The notes: generated by a model from the sequence alone, not told the origin. A stretch of 64,000 bases of DNA from Thermoproteota archaeon (GCA_020833005.1 JAJHRD010000002.1:70287-134286); one strand, 5' to 3'. Shown: positions 10,375 through 19,706, counted from the first letter of the stretch. Program-made: numbers and translations.

Positions 10375-10899
10375 CTACATCCCTCCAACCAAAAGGTTAA
10401 ATATCTTATTTGGAAGCAACATTCTATTCTCAAAGGTTACTGTGAAAACTTTATAATCAACTTTTATTAGATCCCTTAAATTGTTAACCACTTTCCAGTG
10501 GACAACCATGAGAATTGGCTTATTAATTTTGGGAATTGAAGATAGGAAATTCAACACCACATTACTCTTCAATTCCATAGGGCCAACCTCATCAAAAACA
10601 ATTACATCGGCATCCGTCAAAGCAGAGTTTAATGCATCAATTAAAACATCCTCAAAGGATTTCAACTGCACATAATACTTGCCAACCATAACTGGGGAGG
10701 GAATATTTACATGAGCCAATAATCCACTCTTACCACTCATCAAATCCAAAACTTTAAATCCAACTCTAACTCCCCCCTCCCTAATCTCGGGACAAATAAC
10801 TCCACCAACCCTTAACCCCCTCCCCCTCAACAAATCTATAACCTTAAGGCAAACAGTAGACTTACCCACACCAGGCCTCCCAGTTACAACAATAATCAT
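10375..10899 (-). CDS. Nucleoside-triphosphatase THEP1 (COG1618)
   Basis: 174 aa. Walker A (VTGRPGVGKST) and Walker B (VIVFDEVGPMEL), typical of the archaeal THEP1 NTPase. Confidence 0.7.
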   Translation of the reverse strand: MIIVVTGRPGVGKSTVCLKVIDLLRGRGLRVGGVICPEIREGGVRVGFKVLDLMSGKSGLLAHVNIPSPVMVGKYYVQLKSFEDVLIDALNSALTDADVIVFDEVGPMELKSNVVLNFLSSIPKINKPILMVVHWKVVNNLRDLIKVDYKVFTVTFENRMLLPNKIFNLLVGGM

Positions 10900-10961
10900 A
10901 AACTTAACCTGTAAAACTTTATTAAATAAACCTAGATAAGTTTAAGTTCGAGATTAATGTT

Positions 10962-11603
10962 ATGTTGATAGCTGGAGTAGATGAGGCAGGAAGAGGCCCA
11001 ATAATAGGACCAATGGTAATAGCTGGAATAATGATTAGAGATGAAGACCAAAACAAACTTGTGGAAATAGGAGTTAGGGATTCCAAAATGCTTACAAGGG
11101 AGAGAAGGCAAAAACTATATTACAAAATCTTAGAGTTAAGTGTTAATTGGACATACCAGATATTAACACCCATGGAAATAGATCAAGCAGTACAATATAA
11201 GAGGAGGACAGGGATAGGAGTACTAAACAAACTGGAAGCTGAGATTATGGCTAAGATAATAAATGAGTTGAAACCAGACGTAGCATATGTTGATAGTGCA
11301 GATGTAGATGAAGAAAGATTTAGAAGGATGATCATGGCAAAATTAACCCATAAAATTGAAGTGATATCAAAACATAAAGCAGACCAAACATACCCAGTAG
11401 TCTCAGCGGCTTCAATAATAGCGAAGGTGAAGAGGGATTCAATAATAGATGAAATAAAGAGGGTTTATGGGGATGTAGGCTCAGGATACCCAAGCGACCC
11501 AAAGACAATACTATTCATAAAGAAGTGTCTGGAAAGGGGGGAACTGCCCGACTTCATAAGGAGAAGCTGGTCCACCCTTGATAGGGTTAGAAGGGAAATA
11601 TAG
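10962..11603 (+). CDS. rnhB: Ribonuclease HII
   Basis: 213 aa. AGVDEAGRGPIIGPMVIA, DSK and the YPSDP motif. Confidence 0.85.
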   Translation: MLIAGVDEAGRGPIIGPMVIAGIMIRDEDQNKLVEIGVRDSKMLTRERRQKLYYKILELSVNWTYQILTPMEIDQAVQYKRRTGIGVLNKLEAEIMAKIINELKPDVAYVDSADVDEERFRRMIMAKLTHKIEVISKHKADQTYPVVSAASIIAKVKRDSIIDEIKRVYGDVGSGYPSDPKTILFIKKCLERGELPDFIRRSWSTLDRVRREI

Positions 11604-11604
11604 A

Positions 11605-12087
11605 TTATAACTTCACTTCATCCTCAGCAGAGGAGGAGCCTACTTCACCAAACGATATAATCACACAACTAGGAATAGTCATCTTCAATTTAAACATATG
11701 AGGTTTGTAAATTCTAAGTGGAAGTGAAACTTTATCAATAGATACATTTTCACCCATAACCCTTAAAACTGTGAATGCCTCAACCACCCCGCCCACAAGC
11801 TCATAGGCACCTACCCCAAGATCCATCCTCCTAACGAAGACTAACGGCAACTTCAATTTTTCATGAAATTCTGGAGGTAAAACTTTACTTAGAACATTAA
11901 GATCTTCCCTATCAATAATTATATCAGAACCATCCCTAGCTTTAACTGATGGAAGGTTGCTGGAAACTATTTCTTTTAAAGTCTTATATTCCGCTGGTAG
12001 ATGACTATTAATCCTATCAATTTCCAATTTATAAATCAAGTTTAAAACCCTATCTATACGTCTATAATCAATATGCATTAAGATCAC
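11605..12087 (-). CDS. Hypothetical protein (possibly UPF0216/DUF61-like), in a run of abutting genes with fibrillarin
   Basis: 160-aa ORF with coding-like composition. 4-nt overlap with the fibrillarin stop. No confident family assignment from sequence alone. Confidence 0.45.
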   Translation of the reverse strand: MILMHIDYRRIDRVLNLIYKLEIDRINSHLPAEYKTLKEIVSSNLPSVKARDGSDIIIDREDLNVLSKVLPPEFHEKLKLPLVFVRRMDLGVGAYELVGGVVEAFTVLRVMGENVSIDKVSLPLRIYKPHMFKLKMTIPSCVIISFGEVGSSSAEDEVKL

Positions 12088-12791
12088 TTCTCAACATACC
12101 TTGCAACCACCATGGCATGATCCTTATCGTATGGCTCTAAATGAACTACACTTATTATCTCAAAGCCGCCATCTACCAAACAATTTATTTCACGCTTATA
12201 GACTTCACTTGGCTCTAAAGTTACATCAATACTCCTAGCCTTTATTGCAAGCATAGCTAAACCATTGGGTTTGAGGAAAAACTTAGCATTATCTATCAAT
12301 ATTTTAGCTTGATCAGGTTGAGCTACATCACAATACACCCCATCAACAATTGGAACTATACTCCGATATGCAGTTGGGGTACGGGCATCCGATAATATTG
12401 GAACTATATTCCTTCTCTTCTCACATAAAGCCATAAACTCCCTGAAAGGTCTTGGAGCAACTTCAACTCCAAATACGCATCCATCAGGCCCAATAATGTC
12501 GCTCACATGGCTAATGGTTGTGCCAGTTGAAGTCCCCAAATATAGCACATACGAACCTGGCTTAACAGATATTTCACTTACACCCTTCAATATTGCTGCA
12601 GCAAGTTTACTTCTAAAGGCATTCCAAACTCTAAACTCAACACCACCATGGGAGACAAGCTGCTCACCATATACGCGAACTCCTGGAACCATATTGACAG
12701 TTGCAAGCCTCTTAGAACCATCTTCAAATTCACACCAATACACACCTCTAAACTTGCCATCCTCATATATTTTGGTTAAACTCATTCTCAC
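12084..12791 (-). CDS. flpA: Fibrillarin-like rRNA/tRNA 2'-O-methyltransferase
   Basis: 235 aa. SAM motifs (VLYLGTSTGTTISHVSD, VFGVEVAPR) and overall fibrillarin architecture. Confidence 0.9.
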   Translation of the reverse strand: MRMSLTKIYEDGKFRGVYWCEFEDGSKRLATVNMVPGVRVYGEQLVSHGGVEFRVWNAFRSKLAAAILKGVSEISVKPGSYVLYLGTSTGTTISHVSDIIGPDGCVFGVEVAPRPFREFMALCEKRRNIVPILSDARTPTAYRSIVPIVDGVYCDVAQPDQAKILIDNAKFFLKPNGLAMLAIKARSIDVTLEPSEVYKREINCLVDGGFEIISVVHLEPYDKDHAMVVARYVEK

Positions 12792-14008
12792 CGCCTCCTC
12801 CTAGCCTTCCCCCTCTCCTTAACCTCAACACGCTTCTTAACGGGCTTTGGATAAAGCTTTCTGATCTCCTCAATCCTCTTATAAAGGTCTTCCTTTAACT
12901 GATCGCCCACATATATGCCTGAGAAGGCATCAACCCTAGCCGCTATGGCAAGTCTACCAGCCAAGGCTCTAGCTATCTTCCCCCTCTGCCACTTTGGAGC
13001 CCCATGAACTTCCTGACATTGAAATATCACACCATGTTTAGGAGGCCTTGTACCTGTACGTAAAGCTCTAAATAGAGCCTTCTCAGCCCCAAGAACCTGA
13101 ATTGTACTTGAGGGGAGTCTAGCAAGTTTATCCAATCCACCAGCCAATGAAATCAATCTAGCACTTATAAGGGGGCCTACAAGAGACTTCAAATTTGGAC
13201 ATACATCATCAGCTACGGAATCAACATAACTTTCCAACTCATCCTTCAAATCATATAGATGCATTATATTCCGAGCGAAATCCATAATAGCGTTAATATC
13301 ATATTCGTTGAAGTCAGCTCCTATAGACGACTTGGCAGCAGATAATATTTTGCTAGAAGAAGATTCAGAAACCCCTAAAGCAGACAAGCTACTTGCATTA
13401 TACTTATCCCTTGAACCAATATTACCCACAATCTTCGCATACAATCTATGATCATCAACTATCGAGTTTAATTCTGGGAAGTGAACGCCATACCATTCCC
13501 TCAAACGGCTAATCATCATATTCAGTATCTTATTAAGATCGTCTATGGCGTTAATTGATTGTGCAAGAAGTAGATCCCTCTTCTCAACAGCCTTCCTCAA
13601 CCTCCTCCTAGATAGGAGTAATGAAACTTCATGTAGGAAAGTATAATAATCTTTAACTGTTGAAACAACCCTCTGCGAAACAGCTACATCAGGCAGAGCA
13701 CCCCTAAACCTCTTAAATAATGGGTTAAGAGGATCTATATGCAATTCAAAATCATGTAAAAGTCGCCTAACCATCATAAATAGCTTCTCATTATCGAAAA
13801 ATACTTTACCAGCTTTAAAGGATGATGAAACCTTATTGCAAAAGGACTTCAACTCCTCAATCATTTCACCATTATCCAATCTAAAAAGTTTATCTGCAAT
13901 AGCCTCCATATCTCCAGTGAAGGGTTCAAATATCAAAACCTTCCCATCAACGTCAAATAACATAAATCCAAATGGAGCATCCACCACAAAATACTCCAAA
14001 CTAGACAT
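12788..14008 (-). CDS. nop5: C/D box snoRNP protein Nop5 (Nop56/58)
   Basis: NOP domain (AKSSIGADF...LKDELESY; ALFRALRTGTRPPKHGVIFQ). Coiled-coil and KKRVE...RRRR tail. Start trimmed to the internal ATG (MSSLEYFVVDAPFG). Confidence 0.85.
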   Translation of the reverse strand: MSSLEYFVVDAPFGFMLFDVDGKVLIFEPFTGDMEAIADKLFRLDNGEMIEELKSFCNKVSSSFKAGKVFFDNEKLFMMVRRLLHDFELHIDPLNPLFKRFRGALPDVAVSQRVVSTVKDYYTFLHEVSLLLSRRRLRKAVEKRDLLLAQSINAIDDLNKILNMMISRLREWYGVHFPELNSIVDDHRLYAKIVGNIGSRDKYNASSLSALGVSESSSSKILSAAKSSIGADFNEYDINAIMDFARNIMHLYDLKDELESYVDSVADDVCPNLKSLVGPLISARLISLAGGLDKLARLPSSTIQVLGAEKALFRALRTGTRPPKHGVIFQCQEVHGAPKWQRGKIARALAGRLAIAARVDAFSGIYVGDQLKEDLYKRIEEIRKLYPKPVKKRVEVKERGKARRRR

Positions 14009-14029
14009 TGAACACCACACTAACCAATA

Positions 14030-14998
14030 ATGCATAATGACACAATAACTTTTAAATGTTTTATATCAATAATAGACGAGGGCTTAACATTGGATGTAGA
14101 TATAAGCACGAAAATAGCAAACTTAAAAATTAGAAACCCACTGATACTCGCATCAGGGATTCTTGGAACAACGGGAGCCATATTAAAGAGAATTGCAATG
14201 GCTGGCGCTGGAGCCGTTACAACAAAATCGGTTAGCAAAAATCCAAGAGCAGGATTCCCAAACCCCACAGTAGTAAAACTCGAATATGGATTAATAAATG
14301 CCATCGGACTATCAAACCCCGGAATGCATGAATTTAAAAACGAAATAAGAGTAGCGAAGGAAGGGGGAGTTCCAGTAATAGTATCCGTCTTCGGAGAGGA
14401 AGTGAAGGAATTCTCTGAAGTAGCCTATCAAGCTGAAGAGGCAGGGGCCGATGCAATAGAACTAAACCTATCATGCCCACATGGACCAAACATACAATAT
14501 GGACAAGACCCAAAACTAACATATGAAGTGGTAAATGCCGTAAAAAGCACAGTAAAAATACCAGTATTTGCAAAACTAACACCAGAAGTAACAGACATAG
14601 TGAAAATAGGGTTAAGTGCAGAGAAGGCTGGTGCAGACGCCATAACGGCAATAAACACATTAAAAGCAATGATAATAGATATAAAGATCGCTAAACCAAT
14701 ACTATCAAACATATATGGAGGATTAAGTGGGAAAGCCATAAAGCCAGTAGCCATAAGATGCGTATACCAATTATATGAAGCATTAAGCATACCGATAATT
14801 GGAGTTGGAGGGGTAACAAGCTATGAAGACGCCATAGAATTCATCATGGCTGGAGCCAGCGCAGTACAAATAGGATCTGCAATAGCATTTAAGGGTATTG
14901 AAATATTCAAGGAAATCGAGCAAGGAATTATGAATTTCATGAAGAATGAAGGATACAAGTCAGTAAAGGATATGATAGGGTTGGCACATAAGAGGTGA
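14030..14998 (+). CDS. pyrD: Dihydroorotate dehydrogenase 1B catalytic subunit
   Basis: TIM-barrel DHOD motifs (NPLILASG, KSV, LNLSCPHG, GGLSG, IIGVGGV). The true start may be TTG 14090 (LDVDISTKIANLKIRNP). Confidence 0.8.
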   Translation: MHNDTITFKCFISIIDEGLTLDVDISTKIANLKIRNPLILASGILGTTGAILKRIAMAGAGAVTTKSVSKNPRAGFPNPTVVKLEYGLINAIGLSNPGMHEFKNEIRVAKEGGVPVIVSVFGEEVKEFSEVAYQAEEAGADAIELNLSCPHGPNIQYGQDPKLTYEVVNAVKSTVKIPVFAKLTPEVTDIVKIGLSAEKAGADAITAINTLKAMIIDIKIAKPILSNIYGGLSGKAIKPVAIRCVYQLYEALSIPIIGVGGVTSYEDAIEFIMAGASAVQIGSAIAFKGIEIFKEIEQGIMNFMKNEGYKSVKDMIGLAHKR

Positions 14999-15816
14999 AG
15001 TTTATGAAAACAATGCCATCAAGAATAATAGCAGTAAGGGATGAGGGGAAAGATAGGAAAACGATAACGGTACACAATAAGGAGATAGCTGAAAAAGCCC
15101 ATCCGGGACAATTCATAATGGTCTGGATACCAGGAGTAGATGAAATTCCAATGGGGATATCACATATAGGGAGAGAGGAAATATCGTTCACGGTACATAG
15201 GGTGGGGGAAGCTACAAACGCACTATACAACAAGAGAGTAAATGAGTACATTGGGGTTAGAGGACCCTATGGCAGAGGCTTCAAAGAAGTGGATGGGAAC
15301 ATAATAGTTATTGGTGGAGGAACAGGCACAGCACCACTAATGCCACTAATTAGGAGGCTCTGTGAAAGAGGGGGGAATAGTGTTACAGTCATAAATGGAG
15401 CTAAAAGTATTGATGAAATGGTGTTTAAGGAGGAATTAAATGAGCTGGCAAAATTGGGGAAGATCAAATATATACCAGCAACGGAAGATGGAAGCCTAGG
15501 ATATAAGGGGTTGGCAACAACTCTACTCGAAAAGTTACTGAGGGAGGGAGAGATGCCCAATGAAATATATGTATGCGGACCTGAAGTCATGATAAAGAGG
15601 GTTGTGGAAATAGCATTGGAAAGGGGTATACATGTCCAAGCATTGGTGGAGAGATATATGAAGTGCGCAATTGGAATATGCGGTTCATGCACCATGGACC
15701 CATTGGGAATAAGAGTATGCGTAGAGGGGCCAGTAATACCAATAGAAATCCTAGCAAAAATAACTGAGCTAGGTGTATATAAGAGGGATTCCTCAGGGAG
15801 GAAGATAAAAATATGA
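14995..15816 (+). CDS. pyrK: Dihydroorotate dehydrogenase electron-transfer subunit
   Basis: 273 aa. FNR-like (VIGGGTGTAPLMPL) plus a C-terminal 2Fe-2S Cys cluster (CAIGICGSC). 4-nt overlap with pyrD. Confidence 0.8.
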   Translation: MKFMKTMPSRIIAVRDEGKDRKTITVHNKEIAEKAHPGQFIMVWIPGVDEIPMGISHIGREEISFTVHRVGEATNALYNKRVNEYIGVRGPYGRGFKEVDGNIIVIGGGTGTAPLMPLIRRLCERGGNSVTVINGAKSIDEMVFKEELNELAKLGKIKYIPATEDGSLGYKGLATTLLEKLLREGEMPNEIYVCGPEVMIKRVVEIALERGIHVQALVERYMKCAIGICGSCTMDPLGIRVCVEGPVIPIEILAKITELGVYKRDSSGRKIKI

Positions 15817-15865
15817 AGCGCTAAAAATTTAAGTAGCCCATTAAACCATAAAATAGTGAGCAAAA

Positions 15866-16030
15866 ATGCCAAGCCATGGATCACTAACAAAAGCTGGGAA
15901 AGTTAGATCGGCAACCCCAAAAATACCAGCTAAACCAAGGAGAAACTCCCCTCCAAGATTGAGATGTAGGAAAATATACTTTAGACGCGAAATTATGGGA
16001 GGAGTCCCTTGGAGGAAGGAGAAGACTTAA
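15866..16030 (+). CDS. rps30e: 30S ribosomal protein S30e
   Basis: 54 aa, [26 protein letters not shown]..., a near-canonical S30e N-terminus. Below the ORF-track length cutoff and shadowed by a 207-aa antisense ORF. Confidence 0.75.
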   Translation: MPSHGSLTKAGKVRSATPKIPAKPRRNSPPRLRCRKIYFRREIMGGVPWRKEKT

Positions 16031-16114
16031 AATAAATGAAATAATTCAAGCTTCCCAGCATCCTGAAAACAACATAAATAATTTGTTTTAATAATAATTC
16101 AGTTTATATCGTAG

Positions 16115-16212
16115 GCGGGGGTTGCCGAGCCAGGTCAAAGGCGCGAGGCTCAGAAGTTAACTGGGAAACCTCGTGGCGTAGGCCTTCGTGGGTTCAAATC
16201 CCACCCCCCGCA
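16115..16212 (+). tRNA. tRNA-Leu (anticodon CAG), about 13-nt intron at the canonical 37/38 position and a long variable arm
   Basis: Acceptor GCGGGGG/CCCCCGC with discriminator A. Anticodon stem CGAGG/CCTCG with loop CUCAGA-[intron]-A. Type II variable arm. T-arm GTGGG-TTCAAAT-CCCAC. Confidence 0.75.
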
Positions 16213-16290
16213 TCCATTTAAATTCACAATTAAAGTTGGGAGAATTATGTTTAATAAGCAAAAATGAGTTAAAGTGTTTTGGGATGAGAA

Positions 16291-16689
16291 TTGGCAAAAA
16301 TAGTAAGAACTGGTGTAGCATTTAGGGAAGAGACTTTGAAAATGCTCAATGAATATATGGATAAGACGGGGATGAAGAATAGATCCAGAATAATTGATGA
16401 AGCATTGAGATTATACCTCTCAGACAGAGGGATTATGATGGAGGAGGGGATGTTTGGAGGAGTAATAGCAGTATACTTTGAACATGAAGCAGAACAAAAA
16501 TTAACAGAATTACAACATGAATTTCTAGATATAGTCATATCAAATACGCATGTACATTTAGATGCGGAGAACTGTATGGAAGCAATACTTGTGAAGGGGG
16601 ATATACGTAAAATAAAGGAGTTTATGTTGAAAATAGAGGGGGTTAAAGGGTTAAAAGCTATGAGGAGTAGCTTTTTCAAAATAATGTGA
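16291..16689 (+). CDS. nikR: NikR-like nickel-responsive transcriptional regulator (RHH + ACT-like domain)
   Basis: 132 aa. N-terminal ribbon-helix-helix (IVRTGVAFREETLKMLNEY...SRIIDEALRLYL). C-terminal H-x-H-x5-C (HVHLDAENC) plus additional His, matching the NikR high-affinity Ni site pattern. TTG start. Confidence 0.6.
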   Translation: MAKIVRTGVAFREETLKMLNEYMDKTGMKNRSRIIDEALRLYLSDRGIMMEEGMFGGVIAVYFEHEAEQKLTELQHEFLDIVISNTHVHLDAENCMEAILVKGDIRKIKEFMLKIEGVKGLKAMRSSFFKIM

Positions 16690-16700
16690 TAAATTGAAGA

Positions 16701-17672
16701 TTAGGGAGATACGACTCCAGGAATTTTTGGGAATGGCACGGCATCCCACACATATTTCAACCCACAAATGTATCTTGTTAGCCTCTCCACACCTATCCCA
16801 AAGCCAGCTGATGGTGGAATACCATCTTTTAGCATTTCAAGATACCAATTGTAATTTGAAGGATCTTCACCGCTCCTCTTCATCCTCTCAACAACGAACT
16901 CATACCTATACTCCCTTTCACCACCAGATATGGCTTCACCATAACCCTCTGGATACATTAAATCAAAATCCCTTAAAAATCCAGGCCTACTCTCATCCTC
17001 CAAGTAATAAAAGCCACGAGCACTGATGGGATAGTTTGTTATCCAGAAAGGCTCTTTATGGAGAAAGGATAATACTTCTTCAGCATCCCATGGTATTTCG
17101 TAACCGTAACTCACATGATACCCCATGGATGACAGAAGCTTCACAGCTTCATCATAAGTGTAACGTTTGAATGGAATTTTCAATGGAGCCAATTCCCTAC
17201 CAAGAGATTTAAGTTCATTGGAACAGTTTATTAAAACATCATCAATAACCCTCTTTAAAAGCCTTTCTGCAAGATCAAACATATCCTCACATTTGGCATA
17301 TGCAACTTCTAAATCAATTTGCCTAAACTCAACTAAATGCCTCCCAGTACTTACGGCTTCCAAAGGCTCTATCCTAATATTTGGAGATAAAGCAAATATT
17401 TTTGGATAGCATTTAATCATCATCTGCTTATATAAGATCATGCTACTCATAACCTTAAATTTCGACCCATAATAATCTATTGAAGCTTGCTTAGCTCCAC
17501 GTATACCAGGATCTGTGCATGGCCCTATTATTGGTGCTAGAATCTCTATAAACCCCTCACTTCTAAGGAAACTTCTAATTGAAGACAATATGCAATCTTG
17601 AATCTTAAAGATGCATTTAAACTTAAGCTCCCCAATCGTTAAATGCCTAAAGATTACAGAGTTAAATGACAT
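16701..17672 (-). CDS. asnA: AsnA-like asparagine synthetase / class II aaRS catalytic-core paralog
   Basis: Class II motifs (FRQIDLEV, GFGIGVERL) with an Asp/AsnRS-type core. No anticodon-binding N-domain, as in archaeal AsnA. Start trimmed to the ATG at 17672. Confidence 0.65.
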   Translation of the reverse strand: MSFNSVIFRHLTIGELKFKCIFKIQDCILSSIRSFLRSEGFIEILAPIIGPCTDPGIRGAKQASIDYYGSKFKVMSSMILYKQMMIKCYPKIFALSPNIRIEPLEAVSTGRHLVEFRQIDLEVAYAKCEDMFDLAERLLKRVIDDVLINCSNELKSLGRELAPLKIPFKRYTYDEAVKLLSSMGYHVSYGYEIPWDAEEVLSFLHKEPFWITNYPISARGFYYLEDESRPGFLRDFDLMYPEGYGEAISGGEREYRYEFVVERMKRSGEDPSNYNWYLEMLKDGIPPSAGFGIGVERLTRYICGLKYVWDAVPFPKIPGVVSP

Positions 17673-17898
17673 AATTAAATCTGGAGAATATGAGAGTCTA
17701 AATATAATATAAATCTTTACTGAAAAATTATGAATAAATGTAAAAAATACATGTATAGTATGGAAAGATATATGAAGAATATGATTTGAAAACATCAACA
17801 TATGAAAAACAATTACATATTGAATTAAATGTGAAACTCCAATAGAAATATAGGTAACGAATGGCTAGGATAATTGGGTTTAATTGAGGAGATAAAGC

Positions 17899-19098
17899 TT
17901 GTCTAAGAAGATTGATGACATTTTCACAAGCATAATCCATTCACGAATATTCAAAAATAGAGAACTACTTAGACCAGACTATATACCAGATGAACTCCCA
18001 CATAGAGAGAAACAGATAATGGCTATTGCAAAGGTGCTTGCACCATTACTTCAAGATCAAAGACCATCAAACATGTTCCTATACGGATTAACTGGGACAG
18101 GTAAAACTGCCGTGGCAAAATATGTTTTGGAGAGAATTAAAGCTAGAAGGGAAGTTTCGGGGAGAATTCTAACAGCATACGTAAATTGCAGATATGAAGA
18201 CACAGATTACAGAGTACTTGCAACATTAAATGAGGCGATAGGGGTACATGTACCATTCACAGGATTAGCTACAGCGGAAGTATACAAGCGATTCTTGAAT
18301 GGATTAGATAAGAGGAAAGTATCTATGGTGGTTGTGTTAGATGAGATAGATGGACTAGTTAAGAAATGCGGAGATGAACTACTATACAAACTTACAAGGA
18401 TAAACACTGAACTCAAAAATAGCAAACTATGCGTAATAGGGATAACAAATGATCTGAAATTCACAGAGTTCCTAAGCGCCAGAGTTCTAAGCAGCCTTGG
18501 GGAGGAAGAAGTGGTTTTCCCACCATACACTGCACCAGAACTTGAAGACATACTTTTAAGAAGAGTGGAAAAGGCATTTAGAAGTGGAGTCTTGGAAGAT
18601 GGAGTAATACAGTTATGCGCGGCATTAGCTGCAAAAGAGCATGGAGACGCCAGGAGGGCATTGGAACTTTTGAGGATAGCTGGCGAAATAGCTGAGAGGA
18701 ATGGTCAAGACAAGGTAACCATAGAAAATGTGAAACAAGCATATAAGGAGATAGAGAAGGATAGAGTAATAGAAGCCATAACAAGCCTACCACTACACTC
18801 AAAAATCCTCCTACTATCAATATACACGTTGCAATTGGAGATGGGTAAGAGGGAAGCAACCACTGGGGAAATATATGATACATACAAAACATTCTGCGAG
18901 AAAATCAAGATAGACCCACTAACACAGAGGAGGATTGGAGACCTAATAAACGAGCTTGATACGCTAGGAATAATAAATGTGAAGTTAGTGAGTAGGGGGA
19001 GGTATGGAAGGACAAAGATAATAAAGATTGGTGTAAATGAGAAAAGCCTTAGAGAAGGATTATTAAGCGATGAAAAGATATCAAATTTGCTAAAGTAG
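17899..19098 (+). CDS. cdc6: Orc1/Cdc6 replication initiator
   Basis: 399 aa. AAA+ Walker A (LYGLTGTGKTA), Walker B (VVVLDEID), sensor motifs and a C-terminal winged helix. Apparent TTG start. Confidence 0.9.
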   Translation: MSKKIDDIFTSIIHSRIFKNRELLRPDYIPDELPHREKQIMAIAKVLAPLLQDQRPSNMFLYGLTGTGKTAVAKYVLERIKARREVSGRILTAYVNCRYEDTDYRVLATLNEAIGVHVPFTGLATAEVYKRFLNGLDKRKVSMVVVLDEIDGLVKKCGDELLYKLTRINTELKNSKLCVIGITNDLKFTEFLSARVLSSLGEEEVVFPPYTAPELEDILLRRVEKAFRSGVLEDGVIQLCAALAAKEHGDARRALELLRIAGEIAERNGQDKVTIENVKQAYKEIEKDRVIEAITSLPLHSKILLLSIYTLQLEMGKREATTGEIYDTYKTFCEKIKIDPLTQRRIGDLINELDTLGIINVKLVSRGRYGRTKIIKIGVNEKSLREGLLSDEKISNLLK

Positions 19099-19680
19099 AT
19101 GGAAATGAAGATACTAACATTTGAAGATGGGAAATTTGTTGGAAAGGGGTTTGGGAAAACATTATTGATAGGTTTAAAGACAGAAGACACATTAATTGAA
19201 GACATCTACTTTAGGGAAATTGAAATTGATGGACTTGATGCAACTGAAAAAGCCATTGAAATAATAAATGAAGCAAAACCAATAGACATAATACTTCTAA
19301 ATGGAATATCCTACGCCGGATTCAACTTAATAGATGCTGAGAAAATATGGATTAACCTAAGAATACCATTAATAATATACACTAAGAAAAAGCCAGATAA
19401 TAAGAAGGTTATATCAGCATTAATAAAACATTTCCCAGATTGGCGTATAAGATGGGATATAATAAAAAACACTCTAAAAGCATCGAGAGGGATACATCAA
19501 GTAAAGATAAAAAGCCGTGAAAAACCAGTCTACATTGAAGTCATAGGGATAGACTTAGAGGAAGCAATAAAGATATTGAAGAATAACACCATATGGGGGA
19601 GAACACCGGAACCAATAAGAATAATAGAAATCATAGCTGAAGAATCATCAAAAATATACTTGCAAGTTAAAAATAAATAG
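19099..19680 (+). CDS. Hypothetical protein, possibly UPF0215/DUF99 family; start codon abuts the cdc6 stop
   Basis: 193 aa. The DG.DAT-containing segment (EIEIDGLDATEKAIEI) is reminiscent of DUF99. TAG-ATG junction with cdc6. Family assignment is tentative. Confidence 0.4.
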   Translation: MEMKILTFEDGKFVGKGFGKTLLIGLKTEDTLIEDIYFREIEIDGLDATEKAIEIINEAKPIDIILLNGISYAGFNLIDAEKIWINLRIPLIIYTKKKPDNKKVISALIKHFPDWRIRWDIIKNTLKASRGIHQVKIKSREKPVYIEVIGIDLEEAIKILKNNTIWGRTPEPIRIIEIIAEESSKIYLQVKNK

Positions 19681-19706
19681 CAAAAATTAAATCTGAATTA
19701 TAGAAC

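Noticed and set aside
15267-15890. 207-aa minus ORF
   Set aside because: Antisense to pyrK and overlaps the S30e start. No motifs.
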